Source: Calditrichia bacterium
GTDB lineage: Bacteria; Calditrichota; Calditrichia; JAJRVZ01
Assembly: GCA_963796965.1 (NCBI GenBank)
Contig: CAWCNS010000004.1
Span: 224,001-288,000, forward strand
Reading direction: 5' to 3'
DNA length: 64,000 bases
Part shown: piece by piece, positions 48,612 to 58,947 of the stretch
Layout: each line of letters opens with the position of its first letter
Position numbering within the stretch: the first letter of the stretch is position 1
Program-made: the position numbers and the translations under genes
The notes under the pieces: model-generated
The model's input: only the letters and a program-made list of their open reading frames with translations
Told to the model about the DNA's origin: nothing
Databases searched by the model: none

Positions 48612-51574
48612 AAAAATTTACATTTATTATAGTACATATTCTTCTTCTTGTGTTAGGACTCTGTGCACAAGCAAGGGTCTTGCCAGATGAAAGTATAAAG
48701 GCGCAATTTATCAATCGGCTTGAGAAGGGTGAGCATGTGAAAATTGCCGCTCTGGGAACGAGCCTTACAGGAGGTGCCTGGCGCTGGTTTGATGTTATGA
48801 AGGAGTGGCTTGATGAAACCTATCCTGGGCAGGTTTTATACAAAAACGAGGGTGTTGGTGCCTCGGCTTCATCTCATCCACCAGGAAAATCAGGGTTGGA
48901 TAAAGTAAGTGTGCTTGTAGATTTTAAGCCTGATGTTGTTTTTATTGAATTTGCTGTTAATGATGCCTATAAACCCTATGATATTTCCGTGGAGGTTAGC
49001 CGTGCCAATCTGGAATCAATTATACATTCCTTACAATCCATTAATCCTGGGGTGGAAATTATTCTCCAGACTATGAATGTGGTGATAGATATGCCAGAAT
49101 TGAATATGAGTGAGTCCACAAAAAGGGCAGAGCTTCAGCAGTATCTGGCCATGTATAGAAAGGTTGCCAAAAAAAATCGGCTATTACTAATTGATCATTA
49201 CTCTAATTGGGAAAGGTATCTGGAGGAACAAGGGCGAGATGCTTATATAAAGATCGTGAATGATGGTATTCATCCAAGTTTAGAAGGATACCGAAAAATC
49301 CTGTTACCGGAATTAAAACGCACTCTGCAGAACAAATGGCTTCCTGAAAAAGAGGATACCCCCTCATCATCCATTGAAGTGGATGATTTTCTAAGTTCTC
49401 TTAATGGGCATATCCGATTGATAAATTGCCGATACACGGGTTCCAGATTGGTTTCAAGTTTTCGGTACATTTCAAATAGAGAGAAATTTGATGATCAGGA
49501 ATGGCAGAGTAAGATCATTGCGATTCCTGTGGCCTCAGATAACCGGGCTATGGATCTGGATATTGAGTTCCATCTGAAATCTGGTAAGGCCAGGGCAGCT
49601 GGTGTAGCGGTGGCTTTTGACTTTACAAACTGGTATACTGATAATTATGTAATGCTACCTGCTTCTATCTATGATGGGAATCGCTGCAAAATTGTTAACA
49701 GGGAATACAATGCAGGATTGGAACGAAAATATTTATATCAGCAAAACATCCCGCAAATGTCTGTCCCCATCCCACAATTATCACCTGATAGCAAAGGTGT
49801 TTCAAGACTTGAAGTAAATGCCTCAAATTTGGCAACGCCAGCCATGTGTTTTTTTAGCAGAAAACTGAAGCGAGGATTTATTGTTCTGGCTGAGCAAAAA
49901 ACACCCTATGCTGATAATGGATTTTGTGTGGAAGAAAGTGCCGATCGCCAATCATCAAGTTTTGTAATTACGTCTCCGGGCGTTAGAGAAAGAAAACCTC
50001 TCTTCGTCGGATTTGAGGATAGTCCGGATCGTGGTGCGGATCTCGAAGCCGGGGATCAGATTAAGTTGCGGCTACGGATATACATTATTGAATCTGAAGA
50101 TATTCCAAATTTTCTGGAAGAATTTATGAAAGTAAGGAAATCTATAACCGGGCGGAATCAACCTCGTAATTTAATCCCTTTTAGTCAGGTCGTTAGTTGG
50201 ATGACCGACAGAATTGATGACCGTTATTATGAAGATGAAAATTTCCAGTTCTATTGCCCTGAAAATGCCAACTGGATTTCATTCGGTTGGGTGGGTGGGT
50301 TGATGAATACCTACCCAATGCTGGCCTTGGGTGATATAACTCATCGCAATAAAGTTGTTAAGACTTTTGATTTTGCCATACCACGAGGGCAAGGAGATTC
50401 CGGATATTTTTATGGTGCCCTCAATTTTGATGGAGAATGTTTTTCTCGGGAAGGCTATCCTGAAATTCCGGAAATTGTTTTAACCCGCAAAAATGCGGAT
50501 GTCTTATATTGGATGATCAAGCAGTTTAAGCTGCTTGAGGATCAGGGAAATAGTGAATACATCAATCCTTTGTGGGAGGAGCAGATTAAAAAACTTGCTG
50601 ATGCATTTGTAAACACCTGGAAGAAAAACGGTCAATGGGGAAGGATGCTTAATAATCAAACGGGGGTAGTTGCAGAATACAATACTTCCGGAGGGGTTAT
50701 GGCAATTGGTGGTCTGGCCCTGGCATCAGAATATTACGAAAGACCAGATTATTTGAAAATTGCTGAAGCAGCTGCGCGGTTTTACTATCAGCGTGATTAT
50801 TATAATCAGGGCATGACAACCGGTGGCTGTGCGGATATTTTACAAAACGCCGATTCTGAAACGGCAGCAGGTTTTATGACCGCATTAATGGCCTTATATG
50901 AGATAACACACGATAGCGAATGGTTTGACAAATCGAGAAGCCTTGCGCATCTCTGTGCTACCTGGACCACTTCTTATGATTATGAATTACCGAAAGAAAC
51001 GGAACTTGGTTCTCTCAATGCCAAATTAGCAGGAATTTATTGGGCCAGCACTCAAAATAAGCATGGTGCTCCAGGAATCTGTACCAGCTCAGGAGATCCT
51101 CTGTTTAAAATCTACCGCCAAACCGGCAATCCGCTTTATGCAGACTTATTAAATGATATCATTCATGCACATGGTGAAAGTATTCGCCCGGGTGGTTTTA
51201 CCAATGAGCGACTTACATATTGTGATGCCGACAGCCGGGGAGAGAGAGGGAGCCATTTAACTGGGTGGAATGAACTCAATGGATTCCTTATGGCGTTAGA
51301 AATACCGGGGATCTATTTACAAACCGATAGCAACCTGTTTTACGTATTTGACCACATTGAGGCAAAAATCATTAAAAGAGATAATCAGATAGTGGTTCTG
51401 GAGGTCACAAATTCGACGAATTTTGATGCTAATGTTTCAATCTTTGTGGAATCAGCTTCAGCGGCTAAAATCCCCTCAGGTTTATCAGCCTTTACCAAAT
51501 GGCCCAAAGTGTCTGTTAAGTCAAAAGAAAAAAGAGTGATCAGAATTAATTCAAAAACCCAGAAAACCCAGTAA
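48608..51574 (+). CDS. Secreted fusion: SGNH/GDSL esterase plus large putative alpha/alpha-barrel carbohydrate-active domain
   Basis: Signal peptide; SGNH blocks 'LGTSLT', 'GVGA', 'EFAVND', 'DGIHP'. The ~740-aa C-terminal region has helical repeats ('LYEIT...W', 'IYRQTG...Y'). Confidence 0.65.
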   Translation: MKKFTFIIVHILLLVLGLCAQARVLPDESIKAQFINRLEKGEHVKIAALGTSLTGGAWRWFDVMKEWLDETYPGQVLYKNEGVGASASSHPPGKSGLDKVSVLVDFKPDVVFIEFAVNDAYKPYDISVEVSRANLESIIHSLQSINPGVEIILQTMNVVIDMPELNMSESTKRAELQQYLAMYRKVAKKNRLLLIDHYSNWERYLEEQGRDAYIKIVNDGIHPSLEGYRKILLPELKRTLQNKWLPEKEDTPSSSIEVDDFLSSLNGHIRLINCRYTGSRLVSSFRYISNREKFDDQEWQSKIIAIPVASDNRAMDLDIEFHLKSGKARAAGVAVAFDFTNWYTDNYVMLPASIYDGNRCKIVNREYNAGLERKYLYQQNIPQMSVPIPQLSPDSKGVSRLEVNASNLATPAMCFFSRKLKRGFIVLAEQKTPYADNGFCVEESADRQSSSFVITSPGVRERKPLFVGFEDSPDRGADLEAGDQIKLRLRIYIIESEDIPNFLEEFMKVRKSITGRNQPRNLIPFSQVVSWMTDRIDDRYYEDENFQFYCPENANWISFGWVGGLMNTYPMLALGDITHRNKVVKTFDFAIPRGQGDSGYFYGALNFDGECFSREGYPEIPEIVLTRKNADVLYWMIKQFKLLEDQGNSEYINPLWEEQIKKLADAFVNTWKKNGQWGRMLNNQTGVVAEYNTSGGVMAIGGLALASEYYERPDYLKIAEAAARFYYQRDYYNQGMTTGGCADILQNADSETAAGFMTALMALYEITHDSEWFDKSRSLAHLCATWTTSYDYELPKETELGSLNAKLAGIYWASTQNKHGAPGICTSSGDPLFKIYRQTGNPLYADLLNDIIHAHGESIRPGGFTNERLTYCDADSRGERGSHLTGWNELNGFLMALEIPGIYLQTDSNLFYVFDHIEAKIIKRDNQIVVLEVTNSTNFDANVSIFVESASAAKIPSGLSAFTKWPKVSVKSKEKRVIRINSKTQKTQ

Positions 51575-51585
51575 GATTTCGTTAT

Positions 51586-51666
51586 TAAGGCTACAGCCTT
51601 ATAATATTATTGCATAAATAAGGTTAATGCCTTATATTTTATAATAATATTAAGGGTATAGCCTTA
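51586..51666 (+). promoter_or_regulatory. Three palindromic operators TAAGG-N6-CCTTA overlapping a sigma-70-like promoter
   Basis: Boxes at 51586-51601, 51619-51634 and 51651-51666. TTGCAT (51610-51615), 17 nt, TATATT (51633-51638). The third box ends on the A of the ATG. Confidence 0.75.
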
Positions 51667-52124
51667 TGAAAAAGCAAAAATTAATAATGGAACAACTTGA
51701 TAGGAAGATTGTCAAGTATAAGGGTTTGGAAGAAATAGTCATTCCGCCAACAGGTTGGATATATTCAATCAGACAGGCGCTAAACATGTCATTAAAACAG
51801 TTGGGAAACAGACTATCTATTACACCACAAAGCGTTAGAGAAATTGAAGAAAGAGAAAAAAATAAAACTGTTTCTTTAAAAGTTTTACAACAAGTTGCCG
51901 CTGCGCTTGATATGAACTTTGTTTACGGATTTATACCCAAGGGTTATACCCTGGAAAAAATGATTGAGAAAAAAGCCAATGAACTCGCTACGCATATTGT
52001 TCAACGTACTTCGATCAACATGAGCCTGGAGGATCAAAAAAACTCAGATGAGAGAATTAATCGTGCTATAGAGGATAAAACAGAAGAAATTAAAAATGAA
52101 GTGCCAAAGTACATATGGGACTAG
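51666..52124 (+). CDS. Mobile mystery protein A (XRE-family HTH)
   Basis: 'PPTGWIYSIRQALNMSLKQLGNRLSITPQSVREIEERE', 'MSLEDQ', C-terminal 'IWD'. Overlaps the following Fic gene. Confidence 0.85.
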   Translation: MKKQKLIMEQLDRKIVKYKGLEEIVIPPTGWIYSIRQALNMSLKQLGNRLSITPQSVREIEEREKNKTVSLKVLQQVAAALDMNFVYGFIPKGYTLEKMIEKKANELATHIVQRTSINMSLEDQKNSDERINRAIEDKTEEIKNEVPKYIWD

Positions 52125-52711
52125 ATCTTGAGTACATCAAGGGGCAAACGCCGATAGATGAGGAGGAACAAGAAGAACTAAAGATTAAAACCATCTCAAC
52201 CAGAAGAGAGTTGAATGAGTTTGAACAAAATAATATTGAGAAAGCTATTGTATGGAGCATAAAACAAAAGTTCTCCTATCACAAAATCCTAACCATTGAT
52301 TTTATCCTCGACGCGCATAAAAAAATGTTTTCTGATGTCTGGGAATGGGCCGGTTCTTTTAGGAAAACTAACAAAAATATTGGTGTTGATAAATATTTAA
52401 TCCAACAAGATTTAAAAGTTTTATTGGATGATTGCATGTTCTGGATAGAAAGAAAAACCTATTCAGGGGATGAGATTGCCATAAGATTTAAACATAGATT
52501 AGTCAAAATCCATCCATTTCCGAATGGCAATGGCCGACATTCAAGGCTTTGTGCGGACATTTTAGTATCTCATGTATTTAACAAACCCGTATTTACATGG
52601 GGAGGAGAAGATTTAAGTAAAAAAGGAATATCACGACATAAATATTTGGAAGCGATCTATGAATCTGATGAAGGTAACCTAAACCCATTATTGGTATTTG
52701 CACGATCATAG
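52115..52711 (+). CDS. Mobile mystery protein B (Fic domain)
   Basis: 'GQTPID', 'LNEFEQNNI', 'HKKMFSDVWEWAG', intact Fic motif 'HPFPNGNGRHSR'. Confidence 0.88.
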   Translation: MGLDLEYIKGQTPIDEEEQEELKIKTISTRRELNEFEQNNIEKAIVWSIKQKFSYHKILTIDFILDAHKKMFSDVWEWAGSFRKTNKNIGVDKYLIQQDLKVLLDDCMFWIERKTYSGDEIAIRFKHRLVKIHPFPNGNGRHSRLCADILVSHVFNKPVFTWGGEDLSKKGISRHKYLEAIYESDEGNLNPLLVFARS

Positions 52712-52767
52712 ATTCTCCGAATGATCCAAAAGAAAACTCACTTGAATTTGACACAACTATTACAAGA

Positions 52768-55700
52768 ATGTCACAGTTTTACATTCTACCACATCGTTTA
52801 AAAGGAATTATTATGGGACAGATGTTTTATATGTTTAGACAATTATTTTCCCCTATGATATTTGTATTATTAATCAGCGGCGTTTTAGCACAACCCAGGG
52901 ATGGAAAATTATTACGCAGTGAAGTGTGGCAACCTTTTGATGCAAAGAAGGCAAATGGCGATTTTTTTGTATCACCTGTTGGAAATGACAACTGGTCTGG
53001 TACCCTGGCAGAGCCCAATGTGGAAGGTACAGATGGGCCATTTGCGACACTCCATCGCGCCAAAGATGCTGTACGCGAATTGAAATCAGAAGTCTATATG
53101 CCAAAAGGAAAACCGATTGACGCGCTATATGTAGGCACTCCTCATCCCTATGGAAAAGGGAAAGATATTGTCGTCTTCATTCGTGAGGGATACTATACCC
53201 TAAAAGAACCCATATTATTTACACCTGAAGATGGTGGGGAGCGGGTTGAAACCAACCTGCCATCCGGAGCATTTGAATGGCATCACGTTCGCGACAACTA
53301 TGTAACCTACGCCGCCTATCCGGGTGAAAAGCCAATTATCTCAGGGGCGGTTCCGGTTACAAATTGGAAGAAAGAGGGTGATGTCTGGAAAGCTCCCTTT
53401 ATCCGTGGGGATGTCTCCTCTCTTATTGCCGATGGCAAAAAACAGACCTTGGCACGAACACCCAATACAGGTTATTATAAACTTCGAGAAACTCCCGCCA
53501 CAACATCTGAAATGCCCTTTCTCTCCGGGGAAATTAAAAACTGGGTTGATATGGAAGATAATCGTGTAGCAATACTTCTCCGATGGCGAACCGCCTATAA
53601 TTCAATTGTGCGAGTGGATGAAGAAAAAAAAATCGCTTATCTCAAAGAACCGGAGGATGGTCCGAAAGGTTTTAACGGCCTATTGGTTGTTCCCCCGCGC
53701 TTCTATATAGAAAATGTCAAAACGTTTTTAGATGCACCGGGTGAGTGGATTCTTGACAAAGGGAAAAAGGAGATCAGCTATATTCCCATGGATGGTCTAT
53801 CTGATCCCAACACTGTGTCAATCTCAGTACCAAAATTAACTAAAATGATTCAAATAAAAGGTAGCGAAAACAATCCGGTTCGGAATTTGAGGTTTTATGG
53901 ATTAATCTTTGAAGGGGCAAAAGAGAATTTCCGGAATTATCCTCATCATTATGAGCCAACGCCCGGCTGTGTTGCCATAACTTATGAATACGCGCATAAC
54001 TGTGAGTTTGCAGAATCAATCTTGCAGGCATGTGATGGGGTGGGGATGATGATTGGTTTGGGGTGTTATCAAACCCGAATTTTTAAAAATATCTTCGATG
54101 GCTTGGAACAGGGAGCGTTGAGTGTTCACGGTACAGGGGATATGAAAAATGGTAAATTGATACAAATGATAAGGGAAACCAATATCTCATATAATGTTTT
54201 TTCAGGATGTGGATATGGGGGCGGCATTACCCTTCATGTTACCAATACACTCCATACGACTATTTCACACAATTATTTCACAAAGTCAGGACGGCCTTAT
54301 ACACTCAATATCGGTGGTGGTGGGGTAGAAGGAAATTTAAGTGGTGATTACATTATCGAATACAATCACTTTGATGATGTCCAACATGATGCCGATGATG
54401 CCGGGGTCATTGTCGTCAATGGTATGTCCTTTAATTCGGTTGTCAGGAACAACCTTATTCATGGGGTTCATCGTGGATTTTTTAGCGACAATGTCGCCTT
54501 TTGGTACGACAATATGTCTACGGATTGGACGGTTAAAAACAATATCTATTATGATCTTGAACAGGGGGATATGAAAACATGTGGTACCTATTTAACTGAT
54601 AATGACTATTCTGAAAATTTTCTGATTGAAGCACCACAAAATGCCCCCGAGCAATTTATTGAAGGAGATCCTGATTTTTCATACTCAAATCTACGCATCT
54701 TGTTTGAGGAGAAACCTGTTGGAAAAACCCTGAACGCTGGATCTGTGGTTAAAGTAATTGCAGATGTCTATAATAGAGGTAGCTCCGGAGTATCACCAGT
54801 AGCCCTGTATATCAATAGAAAAATAGTTGAAACACAACCTTTTCCGGTTATTAAAAATAATGTTCGCACAGTTGAATTCAATTTACGATTAAGCGATGCC
54901 GGTAATCAGGCAATATCTATAGGCGAAACAGAACCACAAACCATCTCCATAAAAGGAGAAAGACCAACACTCGTATATGATAAAATTCAGGCTTCAGAAG
55001 AAAGAATACTCTTGGGAGAAAGCATTACTGTGACGGCCTTGGCAACAAATCTACAAACCAAAACTATTCAAACATCGATCAAATTATATGCAAATAACAA
55101 GGAAGTAGAGAGCCAAGCGATTGAATTGAAAAGCAATGAATCAAAAAAAGTTTCATTTGAAATAATACCAGATGCGGGTGATTATCTGATTGGGATAGAG
55201 AACAGTGATGTGGTAGCATTGAAGGTGATGAAATATAAAGATTTAAACATGAAAGAGCAGGAATTATCCACCTATATCTCGCCTAAAGCCAAACCTGCAG
55301 ATGTAGAGGTTTTTCAAAAAGATAATAGGTATAAAATACATGCGAGTGGTTGGGATTTTTATCATGCAGAAGATGCCTATGGTACTGTTTATATGAAACA
55401 ACTCAAAGGTGATTTTATTTCAACGGTGAAAATCGTTTCATTTCAACACCGCACGAACCAGTGGTTTAGAGCCGGTCTTTTTGTGCGGGATGATATAAGT
55501 AAGAGTTTCGATGTAGAGAGAGGAAGTAAGGGGTCCGTACTCATGTTCAGTACACCCGGTCGAGCCGGTATTAATTATGATGAGTTTGGTGACGGATGTA
55601 TGCACAAAGCAAACAGCGAAAATTTACCCGAAGACACCCCTACACCTATTTGGATTCGTCTGGAGCGACATGGTAATCGCTTTACCGGATACATAAGCTT

Positions 55701-55851
55701 AGACGGTAAAAACTGGATGATAAAACGTCAGACAAAGGATATACCGGGAATAAAAGAAACCGTTGATCTTGGCCTTGCGGCAGGTTCATCTGATAATGAA
55801 AAATACTATGTGGAGTTTGCGGAGTGGAAGGTGATGGTAGAAGATAAGTAG
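52768..55851 (+). CDS. Right-handed parallel beta-helix protein (GH141-like N-terminus) with Ig/CARDB-like and ConA-like C-terminal domains
   Basis: 'FFVSPVGNDNWSG...DGPFATL', 'AYPGEKPIISG', 'FYIEN..LDAPGEW', Asn-rich beta-helix rungs, C-terminal 'WIRLERHGN..Y.SLDGKNW'. True start is probably 52813 or later. Confidence 0.7.
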   Translation: MSQFYILPHRLKGIIMGQMFYMFRQLFSPMIFVLLISGVLAQPRDGKLLRSEVWQPFDAKKANGDFFVSPVGNDNWSGTLAEPNVEGTDGPFATLHRAKDAVRELKSEVYMPKGKPIDALYVGTPHPYGKGKDIVVFIREGYYTLKEPILFTPEDGGERVETNLPSGAFEWHHVRDNYVTYAAYPGEKPIISGAVPVTNWKKEGDVWKAPFIRGDVSSLIADGKKQTLARTPNTGYYKLRETPATTSEMPFLSGEIKNWVDMEDNRVAILLRWRTAYNSIVRVDEEKKIAYLKEPEDGPKGFNGLLVVPPRFYIENVKTFLDAPGEWILDKGKKEISYIPMDGLSDPNTVSISVPKLTKMIQIKGSENNPVRNLRFYGLIFEGAKENFRNYPHHYEPTPGCVAITYEYAHNCEFAESILQACDGVGMMIGLGCYQTRIFKNIFDGLEQGALSVHGTGDMKNGKLIQMIRETNISYNVFSGCGYGGGITLHVTNTLHTTISHNYFTKSGRPYTLNIGGGGVEGNLSGDYIIEYNHFDDVQHDADDAGVIVVNGMSFNSVVRNNLIHGVHRGFFSDNVAFWYDNMSTDWTVKNNIYYDLEQGDMKTCGTYLTDNDYSENFLIEAPQNAPEQFIEGDPDFSYSNLRILFEEKPVGKTLNAGSVVKVIADVYNRGSSGVSPVALYINRKIVETQPFPVIKNNVRTVEFNLRLSDAGNQAISIGETEPQTISIKGERPTLVYDKIQASEERILLGESITVTALATNLQTKTIQTSIKLYANNKEVESQAIELKSNESKKVSFEIIPDAGDYLIGIENSDVVALKVMKYKDLNMKEQELSTYISPKAKPADVEVFQKDNRYKIHASGWDFYHAEDAYGTVYMKQLKGDFISTVKIVSFQHRTNQWFRAGLFVRDDISKSFDVERGSKGSVLMFSTPGRAGINYDEFGDGCMHKANSENLPEDTPTPIWIRLERHGNRFTGYISLDGKNWMIKRQTKDIPGIKETVDLGLAAGSSDNEKYYVEFAEWKVMVEDK

Positions 55852-55872
55852 GAAATTGTTTTAAATACATTT

Positions 55873-56557
55873 ATGTCGTTACTTAGAGAAAAAGAAAAGA
55901 AAGCCTGGCATATTACAACGGCAACACATAATTCCAGATATTCGCAGCGCATGTTCGAAAATCATGTAATACTCGGAAAATCTGTTTGGTTATCGGAAAA
56001 AGAAGAACAGATAGTAACAGAAACAATTGCTAATATTGTAAAAGAGGATAATCTGAATATATACGCTTATAATATTTGTGGCGACCATATGCATATACTT
56101 CTGGTGTGCGAAAAGGAAGAGCTTCCGAAAATAGTACAGAAAATAAAAAGTATGACCGCACGTGCTTGTAATATTGCTATGGGGCGTACTATATCCACAA
56201 CAAGGGAGTATACTCCCTTGTCGAAGGAGTGCTGTCCACAGGACGCCTTATCGAAGAGCCTCTATGTCGATAGCGAAAGCGGCGCCTGCCCCCTCGTGGA
56301 AAGAAAAAAAGGGTAGAGGGACTACCCAAGCGCATCTTTGGACACAGAAATTCTATAAAAAAGAAATTACTAGCCCAAAACAATTCTATAATACAATGAA
56401 ATATATCAGGAATAACCGCAACAAACATAAATTGTCTGAAAACAAAAGATTAAAAGATATAATTAAAAGAATGACCACTTACCCGAATACGTTTTCCTCG
56501 GAGAGAATAAAGGCAGATTTGATGGGGGATTTGAATAACTATGGTGGAATCTATTAA
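55873..56557 (+). CDS. REP-associated tyrosine transposase (RAYT)-like HUH nuclease; one frameshift in an A-run at ~56304-56310
   Basis: 'WHITTAT', HUH 'CGDHMHILL', 'QKIKSMTAR', then 'LWTQKF' and 'KYIRNN' in the next frame. Removing one A gives a continuous ORF (...VERKKGRGTTQAHLW...). Confidence 0.75.
56200..56221. repeat. Perfect 22-bp palindrome (REP-like) inside the RAYT-like CDS
   Basis: ACAAGGGAGTATACTCCCTTGT is its own reverse complement. Confidence 0.85.
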
Positions 56558-56699
56558 ACGGTGTACCATTTGGAATTAGAAAAGACGAACTTTGCGATGA
56601 TAAAAGTAAAACGCGAATTAGCAGTATGTTAACAAATATCCATTAATATATTTTCTAAACTTATTACTACATGACAAAATTAAAAAATCGGAGCTACTA

Positions 56700-58320
56700 A
56701 TGATCCACATAACCCGCCGGAAATTTATCAGCAATCTTGCCCAATCGGCTGTTTTACTAGGTAGTATGGGTCCATTTACAGACAAAATATTTGGCCTGGA
56801 AAATAAAGGATCAATCAGGAAATACCATTTATGTCTTCAACCCGATGCAATAAAAAAATATCCGGAATTGCTCTCATTAATTCGGGAAGCCGGCGTAACG
56901 GATATATGGTTGGGTGGTTTTTTTTACGGCCAGTGGTATCTAACGCCTGATGAGCTAAGGGTAGAGGCCGATAAACTCTTGGGACAGGGATTCCAGCCTC
57001 ATATTATTAATTTACCTTTAGGCCATCCGGGTGCTTCTATTGGTGTTAGCGAAAATAATAACCTCAATACACCTCCTGCACATTGGAAGAATGCCTGTTC
57101 ACTAGATGGCAAATTTTATTCCGGTACTTCAATTCATAAACCTGCAATAAAAGAAAATATCCAGGCTATAAAGGATATCCGTGCGAAGGGTTTTAAAACA
57201 ATTTTTCTGGATGATGATTTTCGTCTCGCCCGTTCACCCGGGCAGATTGGTGGTTGTTATTGTGATGATTGTAAGAATGAATTTTTGAAAGATTTATGGT
57301 TTTAATAAGTCAGACTGGGATCTTCTACTCGATGCGATATCAAACAGAAATCCGACATTTGTTCTCCGACAATGGATCGACTACTCCTGTAATAATCTCT
57401 ATGAGATGTTTGTCAGACTCCAGGCGGCTGCACCGGATGTATCCCTGGGGAATATGATTATGTATCTTGGATCGGAGAAAGCCGGTATTCCTCTGAACCG
57501 TTTTGAGCAAGTTCCGTTTCGGGTGGGGGAATTAATGTTCAATGATAAATCTTTTGATCCCGTAAAAGGGAAAACAAATGAGTTGTTCAGTTCTCTCTTT
57601 CACCGTCGTTTTGCCCAACCCAATCTGGCCTATAGTGAAACTACGGCCTATCCGGCTGATCAATTATCTGCTAAAAATATGGCTGCGAAACTATGTGTTT
57701 CCTTGATTTCTGATGTAAGAAACACCATGTTTATGAGTGGGTTAAAACCGTTTCCAGTTACACATTGGCCTATATTAGGACCGGCAATGAATAAAAGCGC
57801 GCGATTTCATGAAAAAATAGCAGGTCATAGACCGAACGGGCCTTTTAAGCATTTTTGGGGATGGGATAGTCGGTTGGTTGGAAAAGATAATCCCTACAGT
57901 TTATTTCTGGCCATGGGGATACCTTTCGAGGTTGTAGAGGAATTACCAGCCGATGGCTGGGTTTTTCTTTCTGATGAAGATGCCCGTGCCGTTTCAGATG
58001 GCCGACTCCAACCCGTTCGTAGAAATCTTATCGCCCGCCCGCAAAATAAACTGTCTAAGGATAAGATTGATTTAGTGGGGGAAAATCTAGACGATCTGTA
58101 TGCATTTAAAAATAGGATAGTGAAGAATTTGAAAAGTGTCCCCTATGTGGAACAAAATATTCCGGTAGTATTTTCCTGGTACCCTACTGCGAAGGTCGCA
58201 TTGGTCTGGAATTTGACGCAAAAGAGACAAGAATTCACTATCAGATATGATGATCGGGTGATCAACCAGCTATCAATAGAGGCCCTTGATATTGAGTTAA
58301 TAGAAAACTTACATGTGTGA
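56700..58320 (+). CDS. Tat-exported hypothetical protein, possible glycoside hydrolase; frameshift near 57295
   Basis: 'TRRKFI' twin-arginine signal, 'FLDDDFR', 'GCYCDDC'. The frame of ORF 57406 is open back to ~57296. Confidence 0.6.
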
Positions 58321-58326
58321 GGGGCA

Positions 58327-58644
58327 ATGACCGAATCAGAGATTCAAACTAAAATTGCTAATAGTAATTTAATCCTAACCTATTTCTCTCAACCGGAATG
58401 TAATGTATGTAAAACACTCCGGCCAAAGATTGAGAAATTAATTACCGGATATCCGATCTTTGAATTTCAATATATCGATACGCAATTATGTTCACTTCTA
58501 CGAGGACAGTATATGATATTTGCTGTGCCAACGATTCTTTTATTTTATCAAGGAAAAGAAGTGAAAAGATGGAGTCGGTACCTTTCCGTGGATGAGATCA
58601 GACATGAACTGGATAGATATCAGACAATGATTAATGGTCAATAA
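58327..58644 (+). CDS. Thioredoxin-family protein
   Basis: CxxC 'CNVC' and cis-Pro 'AVPT'; 105 aa. Confidence 0.85.
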   Translation: MTESEIQTKIANSNLILTYFSQPECNVCKTLRPKIEKLITGYPIFEFQYIDTQLCSLLRGQYMIFAVPTILLFYQGKEVKRWSRYLSVDEIRHELDRYQTMINGQ

Positions 58645-58695
58645 TTAAATTGAAATATTCATGTTTTAATTAAAAGTGAATATATTTTACGACTC

Positions 58696-58791
58696 TGTCA
58701 TCCTGAAAGGATCTTCCTACATTTTAATCTCAGCTTGTATGATGGACGATTCCTATCCCAAGACGGGATCCCGTTACAGGACGAAATGACA
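58696..58791. repeat. GTCATCCTG...TGAC REP-like element (insert-free sibling of 25408-25524)
   Basis: TGTCATCCTGAAAGGATCTTCC ... GGACGATTCCTATCCCAAGACGGGATCCCGTTACAGGACGAAATGACA. Confidence 0.8.
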
Positions 58792-58947
58792 TTAATACTT
58801 TACATAAATATCTGAGTTTTTGTGTGCGATAACATTAATTTCTACTAAAAAATTATAATCACTTCATTAAAAGGATGACTAATCAAAGTAATAAATTGTG
58901 AACAGTGAAAAGTTAATTATAAATATAAAATATAGAGGGGACTAAGA

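Noticed and set aside
52749..52773. TGACA-N15-TGTCA inverted repeat upstream of the beta-helix gene as an operator
   Set aside because: Single 5-bp arms in AT-rich DNA, with no second copy and no cognate regulator seen. Could be chance.
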